From assembly GCA_051294905.1 (NCBI GenBank), contig CM119372.1, forward strand, positions 11,534,001 to 11,598,000: 64,000 nucleotides of DNA, read 5' to 3'. Shown here piece after piece: positions 49,771-63,019 of the stretch. Under the pieces are notes generated by a model that searched no databases, was not told the origin of the DNA, and saw only the letters and a program-made list of their open reading frames with translations. Source of the DNA: Botryllus schlosseri. Taxonomy: Eukaryota. Within the stretch, counting starts at the first letter, position 1. Each line of letters starts with the position of its first letter. The translations under genes and the position numbers were made by a program.

Positions 49771-50059
49771 CAGGACCTGCAATTGGACTTTTCATCATTG
49801 AGAGCGGGAGGGAAGAACGAATAATATAGCTATTATACGGGGTGCGATTTCACACGCTGTCTATGGACGCGTCTATACTGGCCTTGCGCATTTTCTCGCG
49901 ATAAATAAATTGCAGATTAGTGGTGGTTTAAATTGTGCACTCCAGCCGTACCGTAGTTCGCCTTTCCAAATGCAGAGAACGAAAGAATGGCGTAAGAGAC
50001 AAAAGGATAATTCGCGACAGCGTTCAAAGCTCTACCTACATGTATGGTAATTTAGAATA

Positions 50060-50272
50060 TTTTGTTTGTGGTATTCAAGGTGCTTGTAGACTACTATGGT
50101 CATTTACACCAGTCCTATTCTCTTCGTTTTTATTTCGTAGCTGCCGACTTGTAGCACGGCCCACTTCTAGGCTTTTATAAGACATCGCTTTCACGGATGG
50201 TATATGGCGAGGAAGCAATTTTGAAGTGACGAGCTGTGTTATCGTGGACATTGTAAGCTAGTTCTTTCAATA
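50060..50272 (-). mobile_element. Retroposon 3' end sharing its tail with the SINE
   Basis: Reverse-complement homology to about 48845-48990 plus a different 5' part; sibling at 57271-57493. Confidence 0.75.
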
Positions 50273-50527
50273 TGAGAGATTGAGCATTATGGCTCCCGGA
50301 AAGAATGTTATCAATTTTTCGTGGACATAATGCGATTTATACGTCACATAACTTAGGATTTTTTGACCTCATTGCTCTTTGCCGGACTGTTGTGGGTTGA
50401 TCACGACTTCATAGATAGGTCATTTTCACTAGTGCGAGTATAGCTTTGTACTACATGTTTCGTATGCTGCGTGCAATACGACTAATTGAGGTTACAAGGC
50501 TTCCACGGTCGAAAATACCATCTAAAC

Positions 50528-51855
50528 CAGTGGTTCCCAAACATTTTTTAGCTGCCGTCCCCTTGAACAACGAATAACGTACCAGCGCCCCGACCCCCCA
50601 TCATATCTAAATAATAGAAAGCGACAGTTCTTCCGGATATATTACAATTACCAATAAGACATATGAAGCTGTTGTACATGTCATCATCATCCTCATCATT
50701 ATATTGGGTTTGGGATTTTATAAGAACAATCTGAAATCTCCACGTCCGGCTACGTGAAGTAGGTTTCTGCTGTGAGACAGAGCATTTGTCGCAGCACTGA
50801 AAGCACGTTCTAACAAATATAATCCGGGAAGGACTATGAGGGAGAATTTAACCCGACTCCAGGGAGAGTATTTCTATTGATTCAATATGTGTATCCAGAG
50901 CGATTGATAATGAGAGATGTTGAACTTTCACGTGAGCGCAAAATTATTGTACAACGTAGTCGGCTACTCAATCAGTGAAATCTCAATTTCACGGAATGGA
51001 CTGATTTATCAAGTAAAGAACTTCTGATTGGAATATATTCTGAAATCAAATTACCCTCCCCTCGTGCAGTTTTTCGAGATGATTGCTGTATACTTCTACG
51101 TCAAGATCAGATAGGCCTATATGCGAGCAGGCAAGCTTGAGAATTGGAAACGTTCACGTCTCAGTAAATCTCTCTGATCTATCACGGGCTTATGACCGAA
51201 TCCAGAAAGTGCCATTTTCACTTTGATCAGATTTCATTTTTACCGTAAAAGGATAAATTCGACTCAGAAAACTTCATGAATATAGGCCTATATTATAATT
51301 ATAAGCGATATCTTTTCTCGCAACCACATCTATTGTCGAAGGCCAGGATCGCAGCAGTGTGAAAATTCCACGATCGTTTGACACAGGGAGTAAAATTTCG
51401 GGAGGCAGTTTCCCTTAAAGTCACCACATCTAACTGTGCAGTAAGTGTTCAAATACATCGTAGTTCTCACCACACAATATACCACGATTTTGGTGATTCT
51501 CCCGACGGCTGAATCAGTCCATTGACGGGTCGGGTACAAAAATTGTTAAGTAACAATGGACTTTTCCGGTACAGCTGCTTGAACAGACATACGTCTGGAT
51601 CGACCATAAACTGCTTTAACATAATCGATTTTGCATTTCTTCATGCGTATTTTGCTGTTTTATTCATCAATCGTTTCAATACTACGCAGCAGATGCCCGT
51701 TAAACCTACACAGCCCCCATTTGCTCTTAGCGCACCCTACTGCCCAAATTCTAGCCAGCGCCCGCGCCCCCCAATCGCCCATATCGTGGGCAGCGCTGCC
51801 TTCACGCTCGCCGACGCCACCAGGGGGGCGCTGGCGTCCACTTTGGGAACCACTG
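50528..51855 (-). mobile_element. Decayed hAT Charlie/Buster element
   Basis: CAGTGGTTCCCAAA TIRs; TSD ATCTAAAC/ATCCAAAC; minus-strand remnant YLLERAFSAA..SRNLL..RGDFRLFL at about 50700-50830. Confidence 0.85.
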
Positions 51856-52937
51856 ATCCAAACTATATTTCCGTTGATAAATTAACTGTTGGTGACAAGG
51901 ACAGTATAGTTTCAGTACTCGAATCGTGCCCGGCCCTGATTATAGCAACACTCGTGAAAATATTTTGTCTGCAGTTCGAGTACGGTGGCTTTCTATAAGG
52001 AAAATGACCGTTGCCAAAGATTTTTCACCCTTCCAACTTCAATTTGAGACCACGTCTTATATGGAGCGTAATATATTCAGAACGCAATGAGTTGGTTCAG
52101 GTGATCGGAAATTCTATTGGTAAGTGCCGAAAACATTGTTCACAACCGAGGACAAAGTGCCAAATTACGTATTTACGTAAATTCTGCATAGGTTTTTGGT
52201 AATTGGCTTTACCAATGCGACTGAAACAAGAAAGCATGTAATGCCTCTAACAATACCACTATACCTGAATAATTCAGAGACAGGTCGAATGGACTATTCG
52301 GGTACTACCCCTCAGTGACGTCACAAAGAACACAGTTTCATAAATTTTATACCTATTCAAGACCGCAAGGAAGCAGACCACGACGACAGATACTTGGCAA
52401 ATTTAGCAATCGTTAAATACGACGTATGGTCGTTAACTAACAATGTCCGTCATTGCTATATGTGAACATTATTCGCTGCATGCAACATGATTTTAAAGCT
52501 TAGATAAACGCACTGCGACATTAGTTGACTGGAGTCGATAAGTCATGTTACTGGCATAGTATCAGATGACCGACGTGGCAGAATTTGAATTACACGAGGA
52601 GTTTGATTGAAGTAGCCTACTCGTTTGCTAATAGTCAATTACCGATATTCCTGCACTGTCATCGTATTCGTTGGTTTGTGGTGAAAGTAACATTGTACTG
52701 CAATATCGATTGCACTCCTTCACTACCCTAATGTGTAATGTACTCGATTCGAACGGCAGGGGCTTAATCGATTGGCCTCTACGATTAATCATATCATAGG
52801 CCTTGAACTCGTTTGACCGTTTACAATTCACTAATCCGTTTAGAAATAGATCTTCAATGCTAAAGATACGTCACATGCAGCTTCTCATAAGCTCACAGTA
52901 ACCATGTTAATGTCAACGATTTGTTTGCATGAATTAC

Positions 52938-52940
<3 letters not shown>

Positions 52941-52981
<41 letters not shown>

Positions 52982-53100
52982 CTTTATTCGTATACATTAC
53001 ATATCAACATTACACTACAAAAATGTAACAGTGAAATGCGACATGCAAGGTAGACGGGAGGCTCGATATGACAAAGTCTTCAGAGCCGAGCCACCCAGGA
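52941..53100 (-). mobile_element. (GA)n microsatellite adjoining a probable LINE 3' end
   Basis: (GA)n 52941-52978, minus-strand AATAAA next to it, GGCTCG..CGAGCC stem. Confidence 0.6.
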
Positions 53101-53506
53101 CAGGAGCAATTTGTCCGGATTGCGATGATTTGATGTAAATTGTGCATTAGATTTTGCACATAGTGATGTCACAGATATAGTAACGCTACGCTGAAAACAT
53201 GACATAAATATAATAATGAATTTATTCTAATCAGAGATTGTGATAGGAATGGTGCAAACACCGGAAAGGTCCGTGTAAACTAGACCTTAACAACCGGTTC
53301 GCTGTGAGCATGAACACGAATCTATTAAATGATGTGATGTCACATATATTACTAATTGCATTACATACCATGTATCCAAAGCGTATGTAGACGGGTATCT
53401 ACAGCAGGGGTGTCAAACTCGTGGACCGCGGGGCGATTCCGGCCTCCATGTCATAGTATATTGCTTGTGAAGGCCATGTGAGTCTGGTTGCTTGGAAGCG
53501 AATAGC

Positions 53507-53881
53507 CAGTGGTTCCCAACCTTTTTCGACCCATCGCCCCCTTTTCAAGCTCAACACCGATCATCGCCCCCCAAATTTTGCGTACCAAAAATGGGCATAC
53601 AAACTGTAATCACCGGCGGGTTGAATAAAAAAAATAAGAAAAGGTCAATATTTCGGCTCGATGTCGAATTTGACACTTTTGCAACTAAATTTTCGTGGGA
53701 TGACTAAAAAAGAAAAGGTCAGCCGTTTTGACGCGTCATCGCCCCCTTCGCTATTTTCGCCCCCTGTTGCCCCCTTTGTTCATTTTCGCCCTCCTATATC
53801 ACCCCCTTCGTCATTTTCGCCCCCCTATAGACCGCCAAATCGTCCCCTGGGGAGCGATATCGCCCACGTTGGGAACCACTG
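53507..53881. mobile_element. hAT-Charlie MITE family E (CGCCCCC subrepeats)
   Basis: CAGTGGTTCCCAAC TIRs; flanks GAATAGC/GAATAGAC; truncated inverted sibling at 59643-59940. Confidence 0.85.
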
Positions 53882-55764
53882 GAATAGACCAAATGCGTAA
53901 TAGGACCATAAACTATATTTTTCACTTTTACAAAAGGGCAGTCAGTCTCAAAATCGAAAATGAGCAAATAACGCTCATTAACATTACAATCGCACGTTTA
54001 TCGATCATGTCACGAAATCAAACATCGTCAATCCGCACAAGAACACAGCATTTTCCATGCGAAAACAATCATTTATCATTTTTGTCACTTTCTTCCCACT
54101 TTATGGAGGCCGCGATGCTGCATAAATATTGTCTGGAACCGAGTCAGTCGCAATCGTATTACTGCAGGCCCCAGGTTTCACCTCGACTGACGGAACCGAA
54201 TGAATTCTCATCTACCGAAATTACGAAAGAAACCGCATCGAGGTCAGGTGTATGGCCACAGAAGAACGTTTCTATATGTACTATGTACACAGTGTACAGC
54301 CGCGGTTTGCATGTACTCAAATGACATGAGAATTGTTTGAAACGGAAAGATGTGTCATGTACCCTTCCATCCACCAAGTTTCATAAAATTCCAGACGTGT
54401 TTCACACTGGGATATATACCCAGTTCATTAGGAATTTAATCGAAGCCAACACCACAAAATGGCGATATAATGAAAAGATAAGAATAAGTCGTAACGACTT
54501 GTTGACGGCGATTAATCAGAGTACAAACCTGGTGTACAGATAAGGTAAACAACAACTAAGAAAGAACGTGCTAAGAGACACATGCTTAGTGCGACCATGA
54601 AAGGTTGGGCAGCACTCTGTCATAAGAAATCATAGGCTGTACAATTCAGGTACTCGATCTATATGTTAAGGAATCATCTTGCATACCTTTCAGGCATGAA
54701 TATAATAACTAAAATAAAACCTCAAAGATCCAAAGACAATTGAATTAGTGTCAAAATGATTCCATTATAAATCATGGTGGATTCGATTTGACAAGAAGCG
54801 AATGTCCGATCAATAGTAGCGATTGTCAATTGAAAAGAGGTATACTTTACACACAGTACAAAACATTCAGCAACAAATCTGATATAAAAGAATTGTAAGG
54901 CACTTAGATCACATTTGCACACAAAACACACTTCCTTGAGTATATATCTCTTACCGCGTTGTGCTACAAATCCAACTGTTCTGAATATTTGGCCAGTGCC
55001 GCTCAAGATTCCAACTCCAGTCTGCACTGCCACCCACGCACCTATAGGCTTACACCTGCGGTTGCGTAAGACTACCATAAGTTATTCATCTTGTCAAGGA
55101 TAATTACCGGTAACGACTCGTTAGCCTGCATAGTGCATATACGGGCTTGGATTTTATTGAACGACTTTGCTGACCGTATTGATCATCATCTCGCAGAGCC
55201 TCTCCAATACCCTGCGAGCATATTTCAAAATTTCCCATCAATTATCTTAATTAAAGCCACCTGCTGCATGCTTCCACACCGCTACAAATGTAAGATTATA
55301 TTGTATCTAACTAACCAATAAGGAAGGAACAATGCAATAATCAATACACTACCTTGGCAATTAACACCTTTGTTTGAGGGTCGTTTATAATCGAGGTGAT
55401 CACGGTACGAATAAGATTCACAATTGGAGCGTTGTTTGTACTCTGAATACCGGCTGCACTGAAAGGTTAGTCCATGAAACAATCTTCCTCCAACAACTGC
55501 GTTTCCGGCGATTGAGAGACCACAGAATAGCCTGTGTGAGATTGACACAAGGGACACGCTGATTTATAGGGTCGTCGTATGAAGATCCGCAATAATTCAT
55601 CTTGTGCTCGTCCGTCATTTCGTGAATCAATAATCCGTTAACGACAAGTTCAGCGAAATACCGCACGACAACGGGGCTCTTGAAATATTCAAAAGGTGTC
55701 AGCGTGATCGTCATTTTATTACTGGATATTCCGCCTATTCCGTCCATGATTACGGTCGTGTCAA

Positions 55765-57250
55765 TCAGGTTCATTAATATTTTCATCGTTTCAAAACATC
55801 ACAAGACTGCGATACAATGAAAAGATAGGAAGGTGTCGAAACAACTTGGAGTAGCCTTTGATATCAGACACCCAACTTAGCCTGGGCGAAGTAAATAAGA
55901 GGCATGCACAGTAGGGATGGTGTGAACCTCTGAAAGGTTCGGGTTCGTGTGAACGCGAACCTTTTTGAAAGGTTCTGTGTGAACACGAACGTGAACCTCG
56001 TGACGTCATGTTGCTAATTCCAACGCTATCTTTCAATGAAGTGATAGCCCATATTATTGTACACGATGCCTAGCGAAGACTCGGGCCACATAATGTCGCA
56101 TTGCTGAAGTACATATTGGCGTTTTAAACGTCGCTAAATGTATCAACCGCGGTTATCAAAGGATATAATAATCTCACAAAATCAATACATTCGTCGTTTT
56201 GCCAACAATTTCGACGAGGACTTACCAGGAAATAGAAGCTTACGCCTTAATGGTCTTAGCCAGACCGGACAATGTGTTCGGAATCTGAGTATTGCTACAT
56301 TGATATTGAGCAGAGTGTAAAACGGGTTTCTATACTCGCTACCGATACCATAAACAACAAGTTATATAGCAGTAGCCAGCACCTTAATCGCACGGATTTG
56401 GTTTTAATGATACAGTAAAGATATGAAGTCGAGATTGACCCCATACGCCCGCTCGATTTTTTACATCAGAAAACGATATCAATGTAATTGATTAGTTTAA
56501 TAGGCATCATTCGCTGACTACGTATATCGCTCGTGATGTTGTGTGATTGCGGGTCAAGCTCACGGCAGAGAGTCACTAATTATTCACAAACGGAAAGCTG
56601 GATATTTCGAGAAATTTTTGGTAACAAAAATGCAAGTAAAACTTTTAAGGTTGTCATGGTGCATGCTCGTTTAGTGTTGATTTTTTATGCTGCCAGCGCC
56701 ATGCATAGAGTGACCCACAGTTGAAATGCAATAAACTTGAACCAAAGATCTTATAATTAAGTGCAAATCACAATTTACCAAAAAGGTTCACAGTGCAGAA
56801 CCTACCAAGGTTCTGTTGTGAACGCGAACCTCTAAATTTCCGAGGTTCACACACAGAACACGAACGTGAACCTCACGTTCACACCATCCAATGCACAGTG
56901 CACACTGAATGGAAAGTAATGAAGAGAATATAATACGCAAGCGACAAAATGAGGTGGCATGTGGCGGAGGGCGAGGTCGATGTTAGGTCGTGGACCGGTA
57001 ATCCTGAAGACTGGCTAGTATTCATTGAGAAGAAATTGCTTGAATGCGGACATGCTCGACGACTGTCGCATAGCCGGTGAGATGCTGTTCCACAATTGGG
57101 GTCCGGCATACTTGGTAGAGCAATGCGTTTTCTTGTAATCAGTCCTGATCATATATGGTAGTTGTTCTTCGTTGACGCGCGTGTGCTGTAGTTGTGCGCT
57201 TTTGTCTCCGAGGTGTATGTGTACAGATATTGGCCACGTGCTTGTCAACA
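55765..57250 (-). mobile_element. Second LINE 3' end, split by a family D MITE
   Basis: 55790-55911 plus 56899-57130 match 44587-44940; STKYAGPQLWNSISPAMRQS..FKQFLLNEY. Confidence 0.8.
55912..56890. mobile_element. hAT MITE family D
   Basis: Perfect TSD ATGCACAG. Confidence 0.9.
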
Positions 57251-57270
57251 CCAGGAAGAAAGTAATTTAG

Positions 57271-57493
57271 TTGTTGTTGTTGTTTGTGGTATTCATGGTG
57301 TTTGTCGACTACAATGGTCATTTACACCAGGCCGATATTCGTTATTTTTGACTCCGTAACTTCCGACTTGTAGCAGGGCCCACTTCTATTGGCTTTTATA
57401 AGACACCGCTTACACGGATGGTATAAGGCGAGGAAAGAATTTTGAAGTGACGAGCTGTGTTATCGTGGACATCGCAAGCTAGTTCTTTCAATA
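57271..57493 (-). mobile_element. Retroposon 3' end, sibling of 50060-50272, (CAA)n tail
   Basis: Direct homology to 50060-50272. Confidence 0.75.
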
Positions 57494-58371
57494 ACTGAGG
57501 TCAATTTTTGACGTGTAGTGCGCATGTCATCGCCGATATTTTCTATGTTCGAATATTGTGGCATGTTAATTCGACGCAGAAAAAAAGAGTGATCCGTCTG
57601 GTCAACCGACAGACACAAGGATTTTGTTTATAAAGGTCGCTCTACAGACTATCGCAAACCTATATATTGTCGCATTTCTAAGTGCCGTATGCGCATGCGC
57701 GGAGTCTCCCCACAGCAGTACAATGAAATCAATATGAAGTCAGTCTGTTGTGACATTCAACTGTGGAAATGCAACATTTGAGGCGAAGTTCGACAACCTT
57801 TCGCTCACCTCCTGTATAGATTCCAGTGTAGCGCGTGAACTCGGCCGGAGTGCAGTTCAACGAAATCATCCCCCACAGTGCGTAAACTGTGATGTAACAC
57901 AACAATGGTAGCCCGATATAGCCCAGGGATCGGGAACCAATGGCTCGCGAGCCATATATGGCTCTTTAGGAGATATTGTATGGCTATTTGAAAAATTCCT
58001 GATTTACCACTTAATTCGCAGCTTATTTGTGATAAATTCTTTTTGTAAATTTTGATAACGATCTAAATCATTCAGCTTGTGGTAGCTCAGACAAGTCTTT
58101 CTAGAGTCACAAAGTGGCACAGGGGATCTGAACCGCCTTACCCCTCGGAACCCAAAATCCTAAAATTTATGTCAAATATTGTGAGCTGATAATTGCTTAC
58201 TTAACAGCCCAATATAATAGTTTTTCTTTCTACAATGGTGAAAACAACTTCAATTTTTTAGGGGTGTTCATCTGACAAATCTCATCAGTCTGGTCTGGTC
58301 GATAATTTGTACAGTTTGAATAATTTGTATAGATGCAAAATCAAAGTCGCTATTGCTCAGACAACCATGCA

Positions 58372-59303
58372 AAGGGATGGTGTGAACCTGTGAAAGGTTC
58401 AGGTTCGTGTGAACGCGAACCTTTTTGAAAGGTTCTGTGTGAACGCGAACGTGAACCTCATGACGTCACGTGACGTCATATTGATAATTCCTACCCTATA
58501 TTTCAGTGAAGTGATATATATTAATGTAGGCCTACACGATACCCAGCGCCGAGTCGGGCCTCATAATGTCACAAGGCTGAAGTACATACTGACTTTTTAA
58601 CCGTCGCCAAATGTATCAACTGCGAAGCAATCAAACGATATAATTATCCCACAAAATCATTATCTTCCGTCATTTTGCCAACAAATTCGACGAGGACTGA
58701 CATGGGAATATAATCATACGCCTTAACGGTCTAGGCCAGACCGGACAATGTATTTGGAGTCTGAGTTTTCCTACGTTGATATTAAGCAGCGTGTAAAACG
58801 GGTTTTACCCCATTAACAAGTTATACTGCAGTGGCCAACACTTCAATCGCACTATTTGGTTTTAATGATACAATAAACATATGAAATCGAGAGGGACCCC
58901 GTACGCTTGCTAGATTTATTACATCCGACACCGATATCAAGTTCATTAATTGGTTGATAAGCATCAATCGCTTTTCGGTCTTGATATTAAGTGATTGCGG
59001 GTCAAGCTCATAGCAGAGAGTCACTAAGGATTGTAACAAAGCCAGTAAATTTTTTGAGATTGTCCGGGTGCATGCTCGTTTAGTGTTGATTTTTTAATGC
59101 TACCAGCGTCATGCATATAGTGGCCGCAGTTATAATGCAATAAATTTCAATCAAAGATGTTATAGAATGATGTGAAAATCGTAATAAATGAAAAAGGTTC
59201 ACAGTGCAGAACCTATCAAGGTTCGTTTGAGAACGTGAACCTCTGAATTGCCAAGGTTCACACCCAGAACGCGAACGTGAACCTCACGTTCACACCAACC
59301 CTG
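58372..59303. mobile_element. hAT MITE family D
   Basis: Full-length homolog of 55912-56890; TSD degraded. Confidence 0.87.
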
Positions 59304-59499
59304 ATGCAGCATAATAATTCGCTGTACCTCACATCGTGCGCACATTGATCGTGCGCGCATTGATATAAATTGATATGAAGAGTGCACCGTCATATAATAT
59401 AAAAAGTCTAGCTGTCTATCTTGATTAGATATGGTAATTGTATCATAAAAAAAGACAAATCCGTCTGATTTGGGTGTTAGCTGATGTATAACTTGTAAT

Positions 59500-60148
59500 A
59501 TCTGTAACAAGTATAGAAACCGGTTTTCACTAAGATCAATATCATTGTAGCAACAGTCTCACGCCTTAAGAATACAATTGCCGGTTCAACCTAGACCGTT
59601 AAGGGCGTAAGATTATATCCCATTGTGAGTCTTCGTCTAAATCAGTGGTTCCCAACGTGGGCGATATCGCCCCACAGGGGGCGATTTTGCGGCCTAGGGG
59701 GCGAAAATGACGAAGGGTGCGATAGGGGGGCGAAAATAGGCAAAGGGGGCGACAGGGGGCGAAAATATCGAAGGGGGCAATAGGGGGGCGATGACGCGCT
59801 AAAACGGCTATATTGGAGTCAAGTCGGAGAAAAGACCTTTTTTTTCTAGTCAAACCACGGAAATTTAGTTGCAAAAGTGTAAAATTCGACAACGAGCCGA
59901 AAAGTTGACCTTTTTTTTAGTCAACTCGCCGATGATTACAAATTGGCCTATGGCCATTTGCCATGTGTGGCCCGAGTCGTCGCTAGGTATCATGTACATA
60001 ACACGGAAATGTAGGGTTCGAATTAGCAATATGACGTCACTTGACGTCATAGGTAGAGGTACGTGCACGCGTTCGCGTTTACATTGAACCTCTCAAAAAG
60101 GTTCTCGTTCCCACGAACCAGAATCTTCAGGGGTTCAAACCATCTCTG
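59500..60148. mobile_element. Truncated inverted family D copy interrupted by a truncated family E copy (59643-59940)
   Basis: Homology to family D left end and body and to 53590-53881. Confidence 0.7.
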
Positions 60149-60756
60149 GCAATATTGCAACAAATCATCAACGAAGGCATATCTAAAAGCTATGCTAATG
60201 TTACTGGTACAGAGTTTGAGAATTTGGCAAGCTGCCACTTCAAATTAGAATCAATACGCCACAAGGGGTCGCGGGTGTCGTGTATCAATCTAGGAAAACT
60301 AAAGCAATGTTACGAGCCACAGACAGAAAAAATGTAGCGAGAACGGATGGATAGGATGGACGATATATGTTGATGATATGTAGGCTAACTGTTGAAACTG
60401 GTGACACGGAATGAAATCAGCTATAACAGGAAAGTCAAACTCAATTTAGGTCTCGAACTGGATTCAATCTTTTTATCGCTTGCGGGCCGGACCAGTTTAA
60501 TGATGTCAACATGTTTCCTGCAAATGCATATCGATATTATTATTATTATTAAATATTCGAGGCTTACAATGCCACCTGTCACCTTGTACACCACGGCATA
60601 GACATTTGTATAGTTCAGTATCACTGACTTTTTATATTTCAGTATCTTCGACTTTTTGGAATTCTTTCTCCAACTTCGCATAGCCTTTATTGCAGATGTC
60701 CGAATTCGGGTCTCTGCTGTCCACTTTTTACATCGTGGATTATACTGAGTCTCTGA

Positions 60757-61319
60757 CAGGGTTGTAACCAAGTCAAGGGGTTCCGAGTCACCAGTCAATC
60801 GCATTTTTACAGTTTTGACTCGAGTCAAGTGGAGTCATTTTCAACTTACCACCGAGTCAAGTCTGAGTCCAAGTCAACTAGTGGAGGGCTGAGTCCGCGT
60901 CATAGTGTTTTGACTCGAGTCCGAGCCCAAGTCAGTGTGTTCACTGTTCAGTTTACAGTTCAATCCGGTTCAAACCACTTTTTTCAACTCTGCTCGAGTG
61001 ATATAGATTGGATCACATTCACAATAGTAATTTTCCTTAGTCGTAAGAGTTTTTGGCCCTATTTTCCAAGTATCAGGACTGATGGACGAAATACCAATAC
61101 TCTGGTAACTTTACTATTCTTCGAAGTCACAATGGAATGTCTGTCTTGGCCGCCCTAGTCTTGAGTCATATGACTTGGTTCGAGTCATGCACAATAACTC
61201 GAGTACAAGTCTTGCCAATACAAAAATTGACTCGAATCGAGTCGAATCATTTTACGCATTTGAGAAAATGACTCGAGTCAAGTCGAGTCACCAAAAAGTC
61301 GCGACTCATTAGAACGATG
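60757..61319. mobile_element. hAT MITE family C2
   Basis: CAGGGTTGTAACC start; TSD GTCTCTGA/GTCTCTGG. Confidence 0.75.
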
Positions 61320-61465
61320 GTCTCTGGGCTATTTCCAAGACAGCGTTAGTGCAGTGGGGTCGGCGATGAGGAGCCCTGGTAAACCCCAGAAACTGCGCCA
61401 CTCGCCTCCCGTCCATAACAGTATGTGATTTGAGTGAGAAGCTTCACACTCCAGTCCATACATAA

Positions 61466-62990
61466 CACTGGTCAACACATATTTTTAGGCAGACAAAGTA
61501 AGAGTGGTTTTGGGGGTTCTGAAGGGCACTGATTCCGAATATGACCTTCGTTTTTTCAAATTGGCTCTTGTTGTGGAGATAACCCATGGGGCTGTTTTGA
61601 CCAAAATCTCCCATTTTCGCGGTAATGACTAGATATACAATCGGTTTAATGGTGCTATAAAGTTTAGAACTTCAATCTACTTGTTATGTTTTACGCACAG
61701 AAGACTATATTAAATCAAAATATACGTAAATAAACTCCAGTCATGTATAGAAGTATTTACCTAGCCAGATAGTCAAATAACGTGGCATTAATTCAATCAG
61801 TTTTACGTCAACCACCTATTGTAAATTTGAAATAATCAGTTGGAATACAATATTATTGATATATTTTAAATCGAAATTCTTTTTTGTACGATTTTCGCCT
61901 GCAAGCTATTTAGTGCAGTTTCTCTAAAGGTTCCGGCAACGGTCTGACGTAATATGATCAATGGCTCATCTCATCTGCCCTGGTATCTTTCTATTGTTGT
62001 TCTGATGTCTTGTTAGAACCTCTCCCCTTGCTAATCAACATGATGATCAGGAAATATATCAAGATGACTGAACAGGAAGTGAACTTTTATGCTCATGTTT
62101 GTTCCAAGTTTTCGATATGCTAGGCTTACCATATTTCGGAAATCTGAAATGAGGACACTTTTTCAGAAATTTGAGACTTGCAAAACTGGAGAAGAATTCT
62201 CAAAAGCCGGTTAATTTTGCCCACTTTGTGATCGGTTGACTAAAAAAAAATCATCTTTTTCGCTCAGTGCTCAAAATACCGTTTTTCTTTCCGCATTGCT
62301 AGGTGGATGACTAAAAAAAAGGTCATTTTTCCGCCCAGAGCTAAAATCACCGTTTTTCACTCTGAAATAACCGCCGGAGCGTCACTTCTGTGCTAATTTA
62401 GGGCATATCACTCGCAATTTGCTCTAAATCTGACCTAAATTTTCAAAAAAGAGGACAAAATTTCAAAAAATAGAACAAAAGGGCGTCCTCCGAGGACACT
62501 TTCAAAAAAGTCAAAAAAGAGGATAAATCCTCTTAAAAGAGGACGTATGGTAACCCTACGATATGCAGATACGAATTTTCGGACCAACTGTTTGTAGTTG
62601 GGTGCTTTGTGATCAGCTAAAAAGTTTTATTTACTACATCTTAGGAGAAATTACATGCTGTGAACTCCTCCTAATGTGAAATTGGAATCTTTCATCGCTA
62701 TTCGAATATACCAGATACCAGATTTAAGCTTCTCGTTTGATAGGGTTACTAGGTATACCCACTTCGTTGACTCAGTGGAAAATTATCCATTTACCAGCCA
62801 AAAGAAATGAGACACATATGAGTAGGTAGTTAAGCCGTTCAATAAGGACAAATTTTATAGATTCATACTCCTCTTTAATCTTGGTAGAATGACCAATTGA
62901 TGCAGGAGAAGATGAATTTCCGTTTTGGAAAAGTACAATTTTTAGGCTTGACAAACTGCTTTTTTGACAAACAAATATTTCGCATCATGC
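61466..62990 (-). pseudogene. Decayed Chapaev-like (CMC) transposase, copy 1
   Basis: TAA|CACTG terminus; minus-strand SSLKIVLFQNGN..IGHSTKIKEEYESIK, LSNEKLKSGI, MSIKVHFLFSHLD, QGERF*QDI..ERYQGR; stops and deletions. Superfamily assignment is from motif recall. Confidence 0.75.
62121..62558. mobile_element. hAT MITE family A inserted into the Chapaev-like remnant
   Basis: Perfect TSD CGATATGC. Confidence 0.92.
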
Positions 62991-63019
62991 CATGTTAATA
63001 TTGATAGAATGACTGAGAA

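Noticed and set aside
51522..54324. Longer ORFs 51522-51998 and 53728-54324 as genes
   Set aside because: They cross MITE boundaries and C-rich subrepeats; no domain or splice support.
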